64,000 nt of DNA, taken from Octopus vulgaris. Lineage: Eukaryota. Position 1 is the stretch's first letter; every line of letters begins with the position of its first letter. Below are positions 1-11,407 of this stretch, in pieces. The translations under genes and the position numbers were made by a program. The stretch covers positions 51,150,001-51,214,000 of the forward strand of contig OX597829.1 of NCBI GenBank assembly GCA_951406725.2, read 5' to 3'. Below the pieces are notes generated by a model that was not told where the DNA came from, did not search any database, and was given only the letters and a program-made list of their open reading frames with translations.

Positions 1-25
1 TTTTCAGAGCATTTATAAAGGGAAG

Positions 26-73
26 GTCTTACAGCTGTTTCCAGGATATTATATATATCCCTTCATCAGAGAC
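26..73 (-). ncRNA. Minimal type-I hammerhead ribozyme motif in a Penelope-like terminal-repeat fragment
   Basis: Minus strand reads gtct-CTGATGA-agggatat(atata)atatcctg-GAAA-cagctg-TA-agac. Canonical CUGAUGA and GAAA boxes, stem I gtct/agac, stem II ggatat/atatcc, palindromic stem III acagctgt, GUA cleavage triplet. Confidence 0.8.
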
Positions 74-279
74 AGTGCGAGAAAATAGTTATTATAGAGA
101 AGATATGAAATACAGAGTAAAGTCCATTCTAAAGCATTAGAGCAGTAATATAAAGGAAGTTAAAAGCTATGGCCAGACATACAGTGACTATTGGTTTTGC
201 ACTTATAAAGCGCTTAGCAGCATAGGCAACTAATCAGACTCAAATGTTTGAAGGTGTATTTATACACACACACACACAT

Positions 280-645
280 TCTTTTATTATTTCATTTGTT
301 TCAGTCATTTGACTGCAGCCATGCTGGAGCACTGCCTTTAGTCAAACAAATCAACCCACAGGACTAATTCTTTGTAAGCGTAGCATGCTTATTCTATCAG
401 TTTCTTTTTGCTGAACCACTAAGTTATTGGTTGTCAAACGATGGTGTGGGGCACAAACACAGACACACAAATACACACACACATATATGGCAGGCTTCTC
501 TCAGTTTCCATCTACCAAATCCCCCTCACAAGCTTTTGGTTGGCCCAAGGCTATAGAAGACTCTTGCCTAAGGTGCCACACAGTGAGACTGAACCCAGAA
601 CCATGTGGTTGGGAAGCAAGCTACTTACCATACTGCCACTCCTGC
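280..645 (-). mobile_element. tRNA-derived SINE family 1 (central microsatellite), diverged copy
   Basis: Matches the many other copies in the window; tRNA-like head near 645 on the minus strand. Confidence 0.85.
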
Positions 646-1203
646 ATGTATATATATATATATACATATATTCACAATGAGGATATTTATAGTAAACATA
701 TCTGTATATTCTGTGTATTTCCAAAGTATCCTAATCTAATCCTTGTATTATCCTCTGCACATCATCATCATCATCATCATCATTTAGCGTCCGTTTTCCA
801 TCTGATGATTTTCCATACAAGGCATTTAAAATGCAAAATTATATATTTATATATGTTTTGTAGTTTTAATTTTGTTTGTGAAATGAAACAATTGTTGGTG
901 AATATTTTGGTTAATTAATAAATTAGTTTGTATCCATTAGATTTCTCTGTTTTCTAACTCAATAAAAATGTTTGATAATTTTACAATATATATATATATA
1001 TCATATACCAGCTTTCCCCATTAAAATATACACTGTTCTACATCTTAGTGTGCTTCTTCTCCAGATTTATGCTTTCTACAAATGATACATGTGTGTGTGT
1101 GTGTGTGTGTGTGTGGAGAGAGATAGGGAGGGAGAGAGAGAGAGAGAAATAAATTCATATATGAATGCATGTATACATGCATATAAGTATCTATCTATCT
1201 GCA

Positions 1204-1244
<41 letters not shown>

Positions 1245-1290
1245 GTACATACACTCTCACAGATATACATGCATATGCACACACATGCAT

Positions 1291-2780
1291 AAGTTTAGTG
1301 TGATATCTTTAAATTCTAGGTTTTGTTCCCATTCTTGGAATTTCTTCTCTAACGCTTCCTCAGGCTCTGCTACAAGAGCAAAGTTATCAGCATTTAGAAA
1401 TTCTTATGGACAATTGGTCTTAAATTCCTCCGTTGTAGCTTCAAGCTGTGTTTCAGTTTACTGAGAATCAAGCCTTGATGAACACCAATCTGCATACTAA
1501 ATTCTTCACTGAATTCATTGTGAATTCTCATTTTGCTGACTTCATCCTTGTACATGACTTACACTATTCTAAAATCCCATTCGCCTACGCCTAATTTTGT
1601 TAATGACCTCCAGCCTCATAGGTCATAGTCAAATACAGGTATATCAAATACCATGAAACATAAATTGTAGATTTATAAAAATTATAAATTCCTCAAGAGA
1701 ATAACTCATAATTAACAAGTGACAATTAAGAACAGCTTCATATGACAAGGAGAGACAATCTCAAGAATCAAAACTTCTCCATGTTTGACATGCCATTAAG
1801 GAAAAGGAAAAGTATAAGCTTATTGTCTGGAGATAAGAGGACAGTCAGTGACATGTTTCTGCCTCAATAACCGTCATCAGTACAACATAAAATTAGCTAT
1901 GATGCCCTGTCAAATTTATTGTTTTCTGATTCCCTTTGAGCTAAGTACACTTGTCATCACGTTTCTCTCTTAGTCATGTAATATAATTCTTTGCTACCCA
2001 CTTCCTTCCAGTCTTTCTATGCATGTATTTTAGCTTTTATTGCTCTATCTATTGTGCAATTCCACTACTGTATATCTTTACAGTAGTACATTGTAACTTG
2101 GTTAGTACATTACTCCAACCACAAAACTAGTCTACAATTTCCTGCATGTTGTGTTATAAAAGCTCCAACATGTATCCTATGTTACAGGTTCTTACCTCTT
2201 CCTCCACATCCTCCTTTTTGTTATATATATATCATCTAGAATAACCATGAACATATATCTTGTGGACAGCTGTTTTAGTTCCTGCCTCTTCCTTCCCTGG
2301 AATGTCTTTTGTATTTCACATCATGTATCTCTTCTTCTAAAGTCACTAATCACTATGTTGGAATTAATATTCACAAACTATTCCATCTACTTTGATTCCC
2401 AGTGAGAATGGAATCCGTCTAGCTTTTATGCTCACCCAATTAGAAGACAATCAAAATGGCTTGTCGGTTTTGTGAAGTTCATGTGGCAGATGGTTACTTT
2501 ATTTGCGTCACAGAAATCTAGAAGACTTGGTGCTTCCTCATTCCTACAACTCTATTCATTGTCACATTTGCTCAGGTGTAGCCATTATGATTCTTTTGTT
2601 ACCTAACATGTCCATTGATGTTACTACCATCACCGGTGACATCAATAATGATGTCGCTCTCATTTATTATTGAAATGGTTCACAAAAGCCCTTACCACTG
2701 TCAGTTTGCTCATGATACAATTGCAATTGTGGTTCATAAAATCAGTAATAATAGTTGTCATTGCTTTATCTACAACTAAC
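1291..2780 (-). mobile_element. Decayed RTE-clade LINE (RT and APE endonuclease remnants)
   Basis: Minus translation near 1300-1600 gives MYKDEVSKMRIHNEFSEEFSMQIGVHQG...EEFKTNCP*EFLNADNFALVAE, homologous to the intact RT at 56880-58316. Near 2450-2640 it gives NGHV...LLDFCDANKVTICHMNFTKP, an endonuclease-like motif. Many stops and frameshifts. Confidence 0.75.
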
Positions 2781-2861
2781 CTAAGTTTAATTATTCTGTT
2801 GCATATTCTGGCTACTTTATTCTATCTATCCATTTTCCAATACCAGTATGCCCACCCCATC

Positions 2862-3294
2862 TTAACTCTTTAGCATTCATTTTTTTCTGTTAAATGTAAT
2901 TCTTGTTTGTTCTCATTGTTTTCAATTAATCATGCATTATCTTGTAGCTTTGAGGTCTTGATGATGTGACTGTTTAGTTTTAGAAAGACCTTGTCTAGCT
3001 GACCAGATTTGGCCATTTGAACATAAGACAGATAGAAATATTTAGGACATGGCCAGTTTAAATGCTAAAGAGCCAACCCTATTAATATTCAGATTACTCT
3101 ATTAAATATAATGTTTCTTTATTCACATTGTTTTCAATTGATCATGCATAACCTTCGTGATTTGAAATTTCAATCATGTTATGGATTTGTAGAATTACAT
3201 TGTATGATAGGGGTGAGAGGCTAAATCTGATCAGTTTTAACATAAAACAGAATATTTGGGTTGGATATGGCTGGTTTAACTACTAAAAGGTTAA
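2862..3294. mobile_element. Two tandem copies of TTAA MITE family 1
   Basis: Similar to better-preserved copies (e.g. 23816-24034); diverged termini. Confidence 0.7.
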
Positions 3295-3481
3295 ACAACA
3301 TTGTTACCTACCAGGAAGAATTTGTTACCTACAGCAGTAAGACTGCAATGGGTTTCACTGAGGCTCTTCTCCATCTCACCTTTTGTATATGGCATTCATC
3401 TACTTAGCTCTGCCTTAAAATTTTGGTAATCACATCATGTCTATATAAACTAATGTTGCAACTCACAGTTTCTTCTGTTAG

Positions 3482-3487
3482 GTGAGT
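3482..3487 (+). promoter_or_regulatory. Consensus 5' splice site, probably closing an upstream non-coding exon or acting as a recursive splice site
   Basis: ttcttctgttAG|GTGAGT about 1.07 kb upstream of the acceptor at 4547. Confidence 0.4.
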
Positions 3488-3728
3488 TTATGCTTGAGGT
3501 CTGTTCTCTGCACGTGAAACTAAATGCCCTATCACTTGATTGGGGATTTTCACTCATGGTCAGTTGTTTACACCTAACTATTCCATTGCCATATATGGCG
3601 CTAGTATGGTAAGTGCTATTCCTGTAACAGTGAAGATTTACCAATGTATTGGAATGCTTCATGAATTTAAAATTGTTGCTGATATTCCAAGAGGGAGTCG
3701 TAAATTGTCCCAAAATATATTACGCACA

Positions 3729-3772
<44 letters not shown>

Positions 3773-4039
3773 GTAGAATAAGAAACAGAAATAGAAAGTC
3801 CTTGGTTCAGAATTATATATTTGAAAAAAATGAATAGAAAAGGCTTTTCTGACAATTTTTCCTCTTTACTAATTACATGTTTATAAGTTATTAGGTGTTT
3901 ACACCAGCTTACGAACATCTAATTATTTAAGTGGAAAAATTATCAGAAAAGCCATCTCTATTCATTTTTGCATATATACATACATATATACATACACATA
4001 TATATATATATATATATATATATTAGCCAGCGCCGCCCT

Positions 4040-4293
4040 GACTGGCCTCCGTGCAGGTGGCACGTAAAAAGCACCATCCAATCGTGGCCGTTGCCAGCCT
4101 CACCTGGCACCTGTGCCAGTGGCACGTAAAAAACACCCACTACACTCACGGAGTGGTTGGCATTAGGAAGGGCATCCAGCTGTAGAAACACTGCCAAATC
4201 AGACTGGAGCCTGGTGCAGCCTTCTGGCTTCCCAGACCCCAGTTGTACCGTCCAACCCATGCTAGCATAGAAAACGGACATTAAACAATGATG
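4040..4293 (+). mobile_element. RTE LINE 3'-UTR/tail fragment (other copies ~15315-15580 -, 20878-21138 +, 22126-22300 -, 26553-26830 +, 31540-31777 +, 34285-34488 +, 41128-41235 -, 41935-42300 -, 56387-56530 -, 63403-63810 -)
   Basis: Same sequence as the region following the RTE ORF (58317-58567): ggttggcgttaggaagggcatccagc...ggacgttaaac(gat)n. Confidence 0.85.
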
Positions 4294-4629
4294 ATACACA
4301 CACACACACATACACACACATAATGTAGAGAGACAGATTGACAGACAGATATGAATGAAGGTAGTATAATGGTTTCAAATTAGTGTTGTTGCTGTGTAAA
4401 AATTTTAAACCACCTGTACAAATTCTTCCATTGACATTGTGGTACCCACTCAAGAATTAAAAGTGAAATTTTTTTTAATTTCTGTATTTTACGTTTGTAT
4501 CCTTTACTGATTCTTTTCTTTTTCTTTTTTTTTTATAACTCTTTCAGGTTATGGTATCCTGTTAACAGATGGAGAGTAAAAAACCTAAAGAATCACTATT
4601 GGATTGTGGGTAGTCTGCTAGGTTAAACC

Positions 4630-5668
4630 ATGTCATCCTCATCACCTCCTCAACCACTGCCATCCTCACCTTCATCACCGTCCAATCTTCAGACCACTAA
4701 TCAATTATCAGCTGTTGCCAATGATCATTGCTTCCAATTGGTGACTGAATTCCCCTCAAATATACCGCTTATGCAGGGTAACAGACACACAACCTCACAG
4801 ACTTTTCCCGACAATGCATCCAACAGTACTAGCACCAACAACAACAACATCAGCCTCACCTCAAACATCTTCCCAATTCCTTTGACCACATCAGCTGGAC
4901 TGGCTTACGCATTGACTGAAAACAATAAAATTGGGATACAACGCCTCCTTAAGCCCAAAAACCCTTCGGATAAAGATGCAAAAAACAACACGAGTAACAG
5001 CAATAACAACAACAATAATAATAATAATAATAATAATGTCATTTCAGGTAGCATTAACAATGTGAATACTCAGAAACAGGATCCCCATTCACAGGGTCAC
5101 AGACTTTTGGTAGATTCTAACACAGTGGCAGCAGTAGTAGCAGCTGCTGCCAACATAAACCAAGTCCAAAATCTAAATGGATCTCAGTTTCAGAAATTCA
5201 GTTTCAGCCCCGGTCGGCTTCTGAAGGATCAGTCTCAACAACAACAACAACAACAACAACAGATCCAAGGGGAGATAACTATGCCACACCAGGAAGACAA
5301 ATCACCCTCATCGTCGTCATCAACGTCATCGTCATCTACATTGCCCATCACATTTGCTCCCGATCAATCTCAGCAGCAGGCTAGCACGGCTTCAGTGGCT
5401 GCGTCCTCCTCAGCTAACGTCGTCACATCAGCGGCAGCAGCAGCAGTTGCCGTTCAACCTGTGAGCTCTCAAAACAGTAATTCTATTCAATCTATTCAAT
5501 ACCAGTCCGCTACTGCTGCTGCTGCTGCTGCTGCTAATACAAACCAAGGTGCAACAAATGACACAATGCTAAGCGCTACCATAAACTATAATGACAATGA
5601 AATGCTGTCAGATGGCACTTTTGATGTGTCTGTGAGAAACAATCTGACTCTTGATGAAGGAATACTTG
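4630..5668 (+). CDS. First coding exon of an unidentified protein; low-complexity N-terminus (poly-N, poly-Q, poly-A, poly-S), resembling a transcription regulator or other disordered protein
   Basis: Strong polypyrimidine tract and CAG acceptor ending 4547; aaaccATG at 4630 with an in-frame TAA at 4624-4626; 346 open codons of non-TE sequence; donor CTTG|GTAAAT at 5669 (phase 1). The ORF extension to 5886 is intronic T-rich/repeat sequence. Confidence 0.8.
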
Positions 5669-5739
5669 GTAAATATCATAATTATATTTTATATTTTTTT
5701 CTTTTGTTGTTCTTGTTGTTAATATTGTTGTTTTATCTG

Positions 5740-5950
5740 TTATTGTTTAGCCCCAGGTCGATCCTGACTGAACCAGCACAACGGAAACCATCTTATCCAA
5801 GACAATCACGCTCCTCTCTCAAGCATTATGTTTCTAAGATTACATTAACTAAAATGCTCCTTCTTACTCTGATGGGGGCAGGCTAGTGATTTGCAGGAGG
5901 GTCAGCTACTGTTTCTAACACATTCAAATACTATGCAGTGAGGCCCTTCA
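5740..5950 (-). repeat. Unclassified interspersed repeat (related pieces ~8190-8380, 42770-42930, 48570-48670, 48980-49000)
   Basis: Shared motif cagggttgacctggggctaaacaac. Confidence 0.5.
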
Positions 5951-7156
5951 TTGATTGTGACAGTGTTCTTGTTAAAGTTAACATTTTGTTTTTCTTTCAT
6001 GAATGTTCAGCTTTATAGTTTACAGTTGGTTGATACTATTTAGCTAAAGACAGGGCTAATGAAGTATTGAAGACCAAAATATATATTATTCTATATACAT
6101 TCACTCAAATGTGGAATGTAAACAACCGATGCTGGTATGTTTACATTCCACATTCGAGTTACCTCTATTTCCAGATCTTCGTCTTTTGAAAGTTTCTCTG
6201 TTTGTTTTAGAGAAACATTGTCATCTGTTGGTATTGATACATCAATTAGAAAGCAATTATTTCTTGGTGATATCTGACAACTATATCCAGCCTATTGACC
6301 TTAATTTCTCTATCTTTGTGTATTGGTATATCCCTATCATTATTATCATCATCATCGTCATCGTTATCATCATCATCATCATTACTAATATTATTGTTCA
6401 TGTTGTTAGTATCATTATTATTATTATTGTTGTTGTTGTTATGTTATTAGTATTATCAATGTTGTTATTCTTGTTATTATGCTAAAGGAAATGGGTTGAA
6501 CCCATAGTGTTATGACATTTAAGAAAAGATTAAATAGATTATTAAAGAACACCATGTTCGGATTGGCATTATGTTATATTCCATGTTTGCTTTCTCTGTG
6601 TTTATTTTAGGCTATTTCTCATGAAATCTTTCCAACTTTACTCTGTTGGTCATTATCATACATATATATTTTTTATTAGTCAAATGTTAAAAGGTCAGAG
6701 TTCAGTGACCACCGCTCCTCTCATCGACAGGATTTCTCGGACTGGAGTTGAATAAATGGTTGGGTCTAATAACACAAGTGTTTGGTTTGCATTGCTGTCA
6801 AGGAGACAGGAATAGTATATTATTCTGCTATTATTCACACAATCGAATGTTGCTATAGATTGCTGGTTGCAATGCATTCTTGCATTGTTTTAGCTTTTGG
6901 ATAATGCCATCTCGCTGGCAAGGTGAGCAAGCCAACATTCCCCCTGATCAGAAGATTAGTTCATCACCGGGTGGTTCATTTACAGCTGAGTGGACTGGAG
7001 CACCAAGAAATTAAGTATTTTACCTCAGAATGCAATGAGCTGCCCAGTCTGGGAATCAAACCTGTGATTAATTAATCTTGAGTGCAACACCCTAATCGCT
7101 AATAATAGAAAGCATTAATAGAGAAATAATAGCTCGTAATTCATAATTTGATATCA

Positions 7157-7456
7157 GCGCAGGAGTGGCTGTGTGGTAAGTAGCTTGCTTTACCAACCAC
7201 ATGGTTCCATGTTCAGTCCCTCTGCATGGCACCTTGGGCAAATATCTTCTACTGTAGCTTCAGGCCGACCAAAGTCTTGTAAGTGAATTTGGTAGATGGA
7301 AACTGCAAGAAGCCCATTATTGTGTGTGTGTGTGCGTGTGTCTACCATCGCTTGACAACCGATGTTGGTGTGTTTACATCCCCATAACTTAGCAGTTTGG
7401 AAAAAGAGACCAATAGAATAAGTACTAGACTTACAAAGAATAAGTCCTGGGGTCAA
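7157..7456 (+). mobile_element. SINE family 1, 3'-truncated
   Basis: Head gcgcaggagtggctgtgtggtaagtagcttgct with A/B-box-like motifs, followed by CORE-like accttgggcaa. Confidence 0.85.
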
Positions 7457-7768
7457 ATCTTGGAGAGACTGCCTCTGTTAGCCTTGCCTTTAATTCAGGA
7501 TGTTGGATAACCATCTTGAAGTAATTAGGATTGTTCATATCCTACCACCAGTATTATGCTGTCATCTGAGAAAGACACTTTTCAATGCCCTTGTCCACCT
7601 GGCTGTTAGGAGGTTCCACACGGTGGAATAGTTCACCATTTTAGTTACATAGTTCCCTGAGTACCTTTGTACTGGTAGAGATTTAATTTTTGAATAAGCA
7701 AATAATCAGTAAAAAAAAAACCCTATAACTTCCTCAACAAGAAAAGAAAAAGAAAAGCAAGTGGCGTT

Positions 7769-7962
7769 AAGCAACAGAAAATTGGTGGATGGGGGTAACA
7801 GATGGCATGTTTAGCCACACCTTCATTGCAAAGGTGTGGCTGTGGAGAATGACTAGTGACATTCGCTGCAGCAACCACCCCACCTTGCAGTGGTCGTTTC
7901 TCAGACATGCTGCAGTTACCTGGATTTTGCGGAAATAATGGGGCTTGTGTTTGTTGCTTTTT
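7769..7962 (+). ncRNA. Candidate structured RNA (three-way junction), unclassified
   Basis: Helices 7804-7812/7903-7911, 7813-7823/7831-7841 (perfect 11 bp), 7845-7855/7891-7902 and 7865-7871/7885-7891, with outer pairs 7794-7799/7915-7920 and 7769-7776/7952-7959. Confidence 0.45.
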
Positions 7963-9055
7963 GGATCAATTAAAAGAAGGGCTTTACATAAAATCCCAAC
8001 ATGTATCACAAGTTAAACTTTAGGCCTGTTTGTCCATGGAAACAGATAGTGCTTTTGTGGCACCTTGGGCAAGTGTCTTCTAGTATAGTTTCGGGCCTAC
8101 CAAAGCCTTGTGAGTGGATTTGGTAGACAAAAACTGAAAGAAGCCCATCTTATGTATGTATGTATGTATGTATGTGGGGGGGGATGCTGATTTACCTTGG
8201 GTAGATATTGAGCCAACTTGGGAAATTCTATGAAGTCATAGCCTATTAGAAATAACAACCAAATCTCCTTCAAATCAAACACTGTCTTATACTCGCAAAA
8301 GGTGAGATGGTTCTACCTGGAATGCTTTTGATCATAGGTCTGTTCAACCAGGGTTGACTCAGGGCTAAACAGCTTCAACACTGGATGCCAGTGCTATAAG
8401 ACAATGATGTCTTCAGCTTATATGGATTTTTATTTTAGTTTTAATAATTCTTTTTTTTTTCTATGAATTAGTCACAGGAGGATGGCCAGAATCCATGACC
8501 TTTCCAAAGTCTATGTGACAGGTGTCAGAGGTGGCAATGGGGATTGGGAGGGAAGATGACCCCCCCCCCCCCGTAAATGACTTAGAGATTGGTGCAGTAG
8601 GAAGTGGAACATCAAGATTTCCAGTTATCTTAGAATGCTTGCAAAGAGGGGCTGGAATGGTAGGCTTCACTAAAGACATCCGAGGGGCGGTGGTAGTGGT
8701 GGTGGTGGCGGTGGCAGCAGCAATAGTGTGGTGGTGGTGGTGGTGACAACAGAGAGGTGATAGTGGCAATGGTGGTGGTGGTGGTGATGATTAATGGCAA
8801 TAAATCAGGCAGTGGATTTAAGGTGTAACACACACAAGTTAGTCCCACAGCAACATAATTATTGCATTAAATACTAAAGTGATTTATGAGGATTTTTTCT
8901 GTTGCTAGCTCAAGCAGAGAATATTTTTATGGTTCAATACCCTTCTCAATGGCTATGTGAGAATGGCACTTATTCTCTATTAGTTAAACTAAAACCCACG
9001 AGTTAACAATGCTTGGTTTTTTACTTTTGGCTTTAACTATCCGAAAACAGGTGAC

Positions 9056-9297
9056 ATTATCGTAATTACAATTGCAGTGTGGAAGGTGTTTGTAAGCCAT
9101 ATAAGAAACACACAAAAGCTGTTCGATTCACTTCAACATTTAAGTTTAATGTGTCAAAATATTTTCGTCGCTTTGAGACCGCGACCTCTTCACTGACAAA
9201 AATCCGTGCTTTCCACGCTGCAATTGTTTTCGTTTCAGCACACGATCTCAGATCAAATCACTTGCTATGCGAGTACATCTCTGTAATTATCGTAATT
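9056..9297 (-). mobile_element. Penelope-like terminal-repeat fragment with a degenerate hammerhead (9152-9198)
   Basis: Flanking direct repeat ttatcgtaatta. Inverted acaattgcagtgtggaa/ttccacgctgcaattgt. Minus strand tgtca-GTGAAGA-g-gtcgc..gcgac-GAAA-atat-TT-tgaca. Confidence 0.55.
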
Positions 9298-9557
9298 ATT
9301 CTACACAAAGGATTTTGCCATGTTGAGAAATGTTAACAAAGAATCGATATAAGTATTAAGAAATATTATCAAAGTATTCATTTTGCTACAGAATCGTTAT
9401 GGATAAAAGTATTTTTGGTGACCTGAATCTCGTTGACTTTGAATTATATTTGTGGACGTAAACACTGAAACACTTTTAACTTCAACTGTTAAGAATAGCT
9501 GTTGCAAATTCTGCTAAAATATTTTGAAAACATGGCTTTTAATAGTTTTTATGTACA

Positions 9558-9900
9558 GGCATTGCTGTGTTGGTGAGAAGTTTGCATCCTGACCACATGG
9601 TTCCGGGTTCAGTTCTCATTCTATGGCACCATGAGCAAGTGTCTTCTAATATAGCCTTGGGCCAACCAAACAAAGTCTTGTGAATGGATTTGGTTGATGG
9701 AAACTTTAACAAACCCATCGTGTGTGTGTGTGTGTGTGCTTGTCCCTGCCCCCACTGCTTGACAGTTAGTGTTGGTTTATTTACGTCTCTGTAATTTTGC
9801 AATTCAACAAAAGAAACTGATAGAATAAGTACCAGGCTTTAAAAAAATTGAGTATTGGGGGTGATTTGTTCAATTAAAACCCTTCAAAGCAGTGCCCCAG
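9558..9900 (+). mobile_element. SINE family 1, older copy
   Basis: Homologous to the other copies. Confidence 0.75.
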
Positions 9901-10554
9901 GAGACATCATCTCCAGCTGGCTATATGACACAATTTATGTCCTTATATTTTCTATAACACAATTCATCGACTATATATTTTTATATTCATTTATTTTGAC
10001 AGATTTAGCAATTGAATTTGAAAATAACTATTAGCATCCTCTCTCTCTCTCTCTCTCTCTTTCTCTGACCTTTTTCAAGGAAGAAGGGTTGGTGGTGGAG
10101 CATGATCAAAATACCGTTTTATTTCTTCTTCTTTCGATTCTCTTCGGTGAACTATTTCAAAATATCTTTCATTTCAATAGGTCAGCTTTCATTGGAATCC
10201 ATCACAGGTATAGAATCTCAACTGCCTTCTCCTTCACACAGTCAGTTTCTCAGGCAGTTTGCATTCTGTTTCTTTGGTAATCCTTTCTCAACTGGGCTTG
10301 GAACCAGATATATTGAAGATCACACTGTGCCAGAAGCACCTTGCTATCTTATAATGTTTCACTACATGTAAAAACCTAAGTCTAAGCCAAAGTCTTCATT
10401 CAGTCAACCCTGATACACACACACACACAGAGCTTTTTTTTTTTTCACAGACTCATGTATCAACTGTGATGATAGAAATTTTAAATTTCACATCTAAATT
10501 CAGTTAGTACATGGATGAGTCTAGCTTCTGACCAATGTAAATTTTTTTTTTATA

Positions 10555-10972
10555 TTAACCTTTTCATTACCATATTTCTGTTTTAATTAATTGTAAAACT
10601 GATGAAGAATTTAATAAAATAACACAGTCACTATTAACCCTTTAGCATTTAAATGAAGTTATATCTGGCCAAAATATACTACCTGTTTTATGTTCAAACT
10701 GGCCAGATCCAGTCTCTCACACCTACCCTACAGTATCATTTTAAGAATATACAAATTTCAAAGCTATGAGATAATGCAGGATTAATTCAAAACAAGGTAA
10801 ATAGATAATCTTTACATCTGACAGAGTAATCTGAATGTTGGAAGAGTTAAGCTTGTCGCTCAGAACATGAATTAAAGTATAATTTTATTTTGATTGTTTT
10901 AAAAAATGAATTTTCTACCATAGAACCAAGGGGGATTCTCAGGTAGACTGGTATTTAAAAAAAGGGGGGTAA
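10555..10972. mobile_element. TTAA MITE family 2 interrupted at an internal TTAA by MITE family 1 (10638-10846)
   Basis: TTAA at 10634-10637 and 10847-10850 flanks the inner element; the host sequence resumes after it. Confidence 0.75.
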
Positions 10973-11407
10973 ACAGGATCACTAATTGACTGAGGTTCAT
11001 CCAACCAACAGTGCCTCTCTTTCTCTCTTTGTCAACTCTCCGCAGAAATATTGGTTATGCATCTGAAAAAGAAATTAAATTTCTGGTTTTAGCTCAAGGC
11101 CTACTGTTTTTTTGGGGGTGAGGAGGTTAGTCAAGTACTATCAGCCCCTAGTACTTGACTAGTACTTTGTTTCATCGATCTTGAAAGAATGAAAGACATT
11201 TTTGACTTTGGTGGGATCTGAACTTGGAATGTAGAGAGCTTAGTTAAATATCATAAGAGATTTTGTCTGAGACTCTAACAAGTCGACCAACCCACCATCC
11301 TTATAATGGTTTTGAATTTAGGCATGAGGAAGAAATAAATATAGGTGCATGTATGGCTGTGTGGTAAGAAGTTTGTTTTCCAACCACATGGTTCTGAGAT
11401 CAGTTCA

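Noticed and set aside
427-918. 163-aa ORF and the many similar ORFs containing LNPEPCG, YIYIYI or THTHTH
   Set aside because: These are translations of SINEs and microsatellites.
5669-5886. Hydrophobic C-terminal extension of ORF 4630-5886 resembling a transmembrane helix
   Set aside because: It lies after a good splice donor and is made of T-rich (ttg)n and repeat sequence.
8461-8848. ORFs with His/Thr/Val runs (also 21115-21441 and 49705-49958)
   Set aside because: Trinucleotide low-complexity tracts without splice or homology support.
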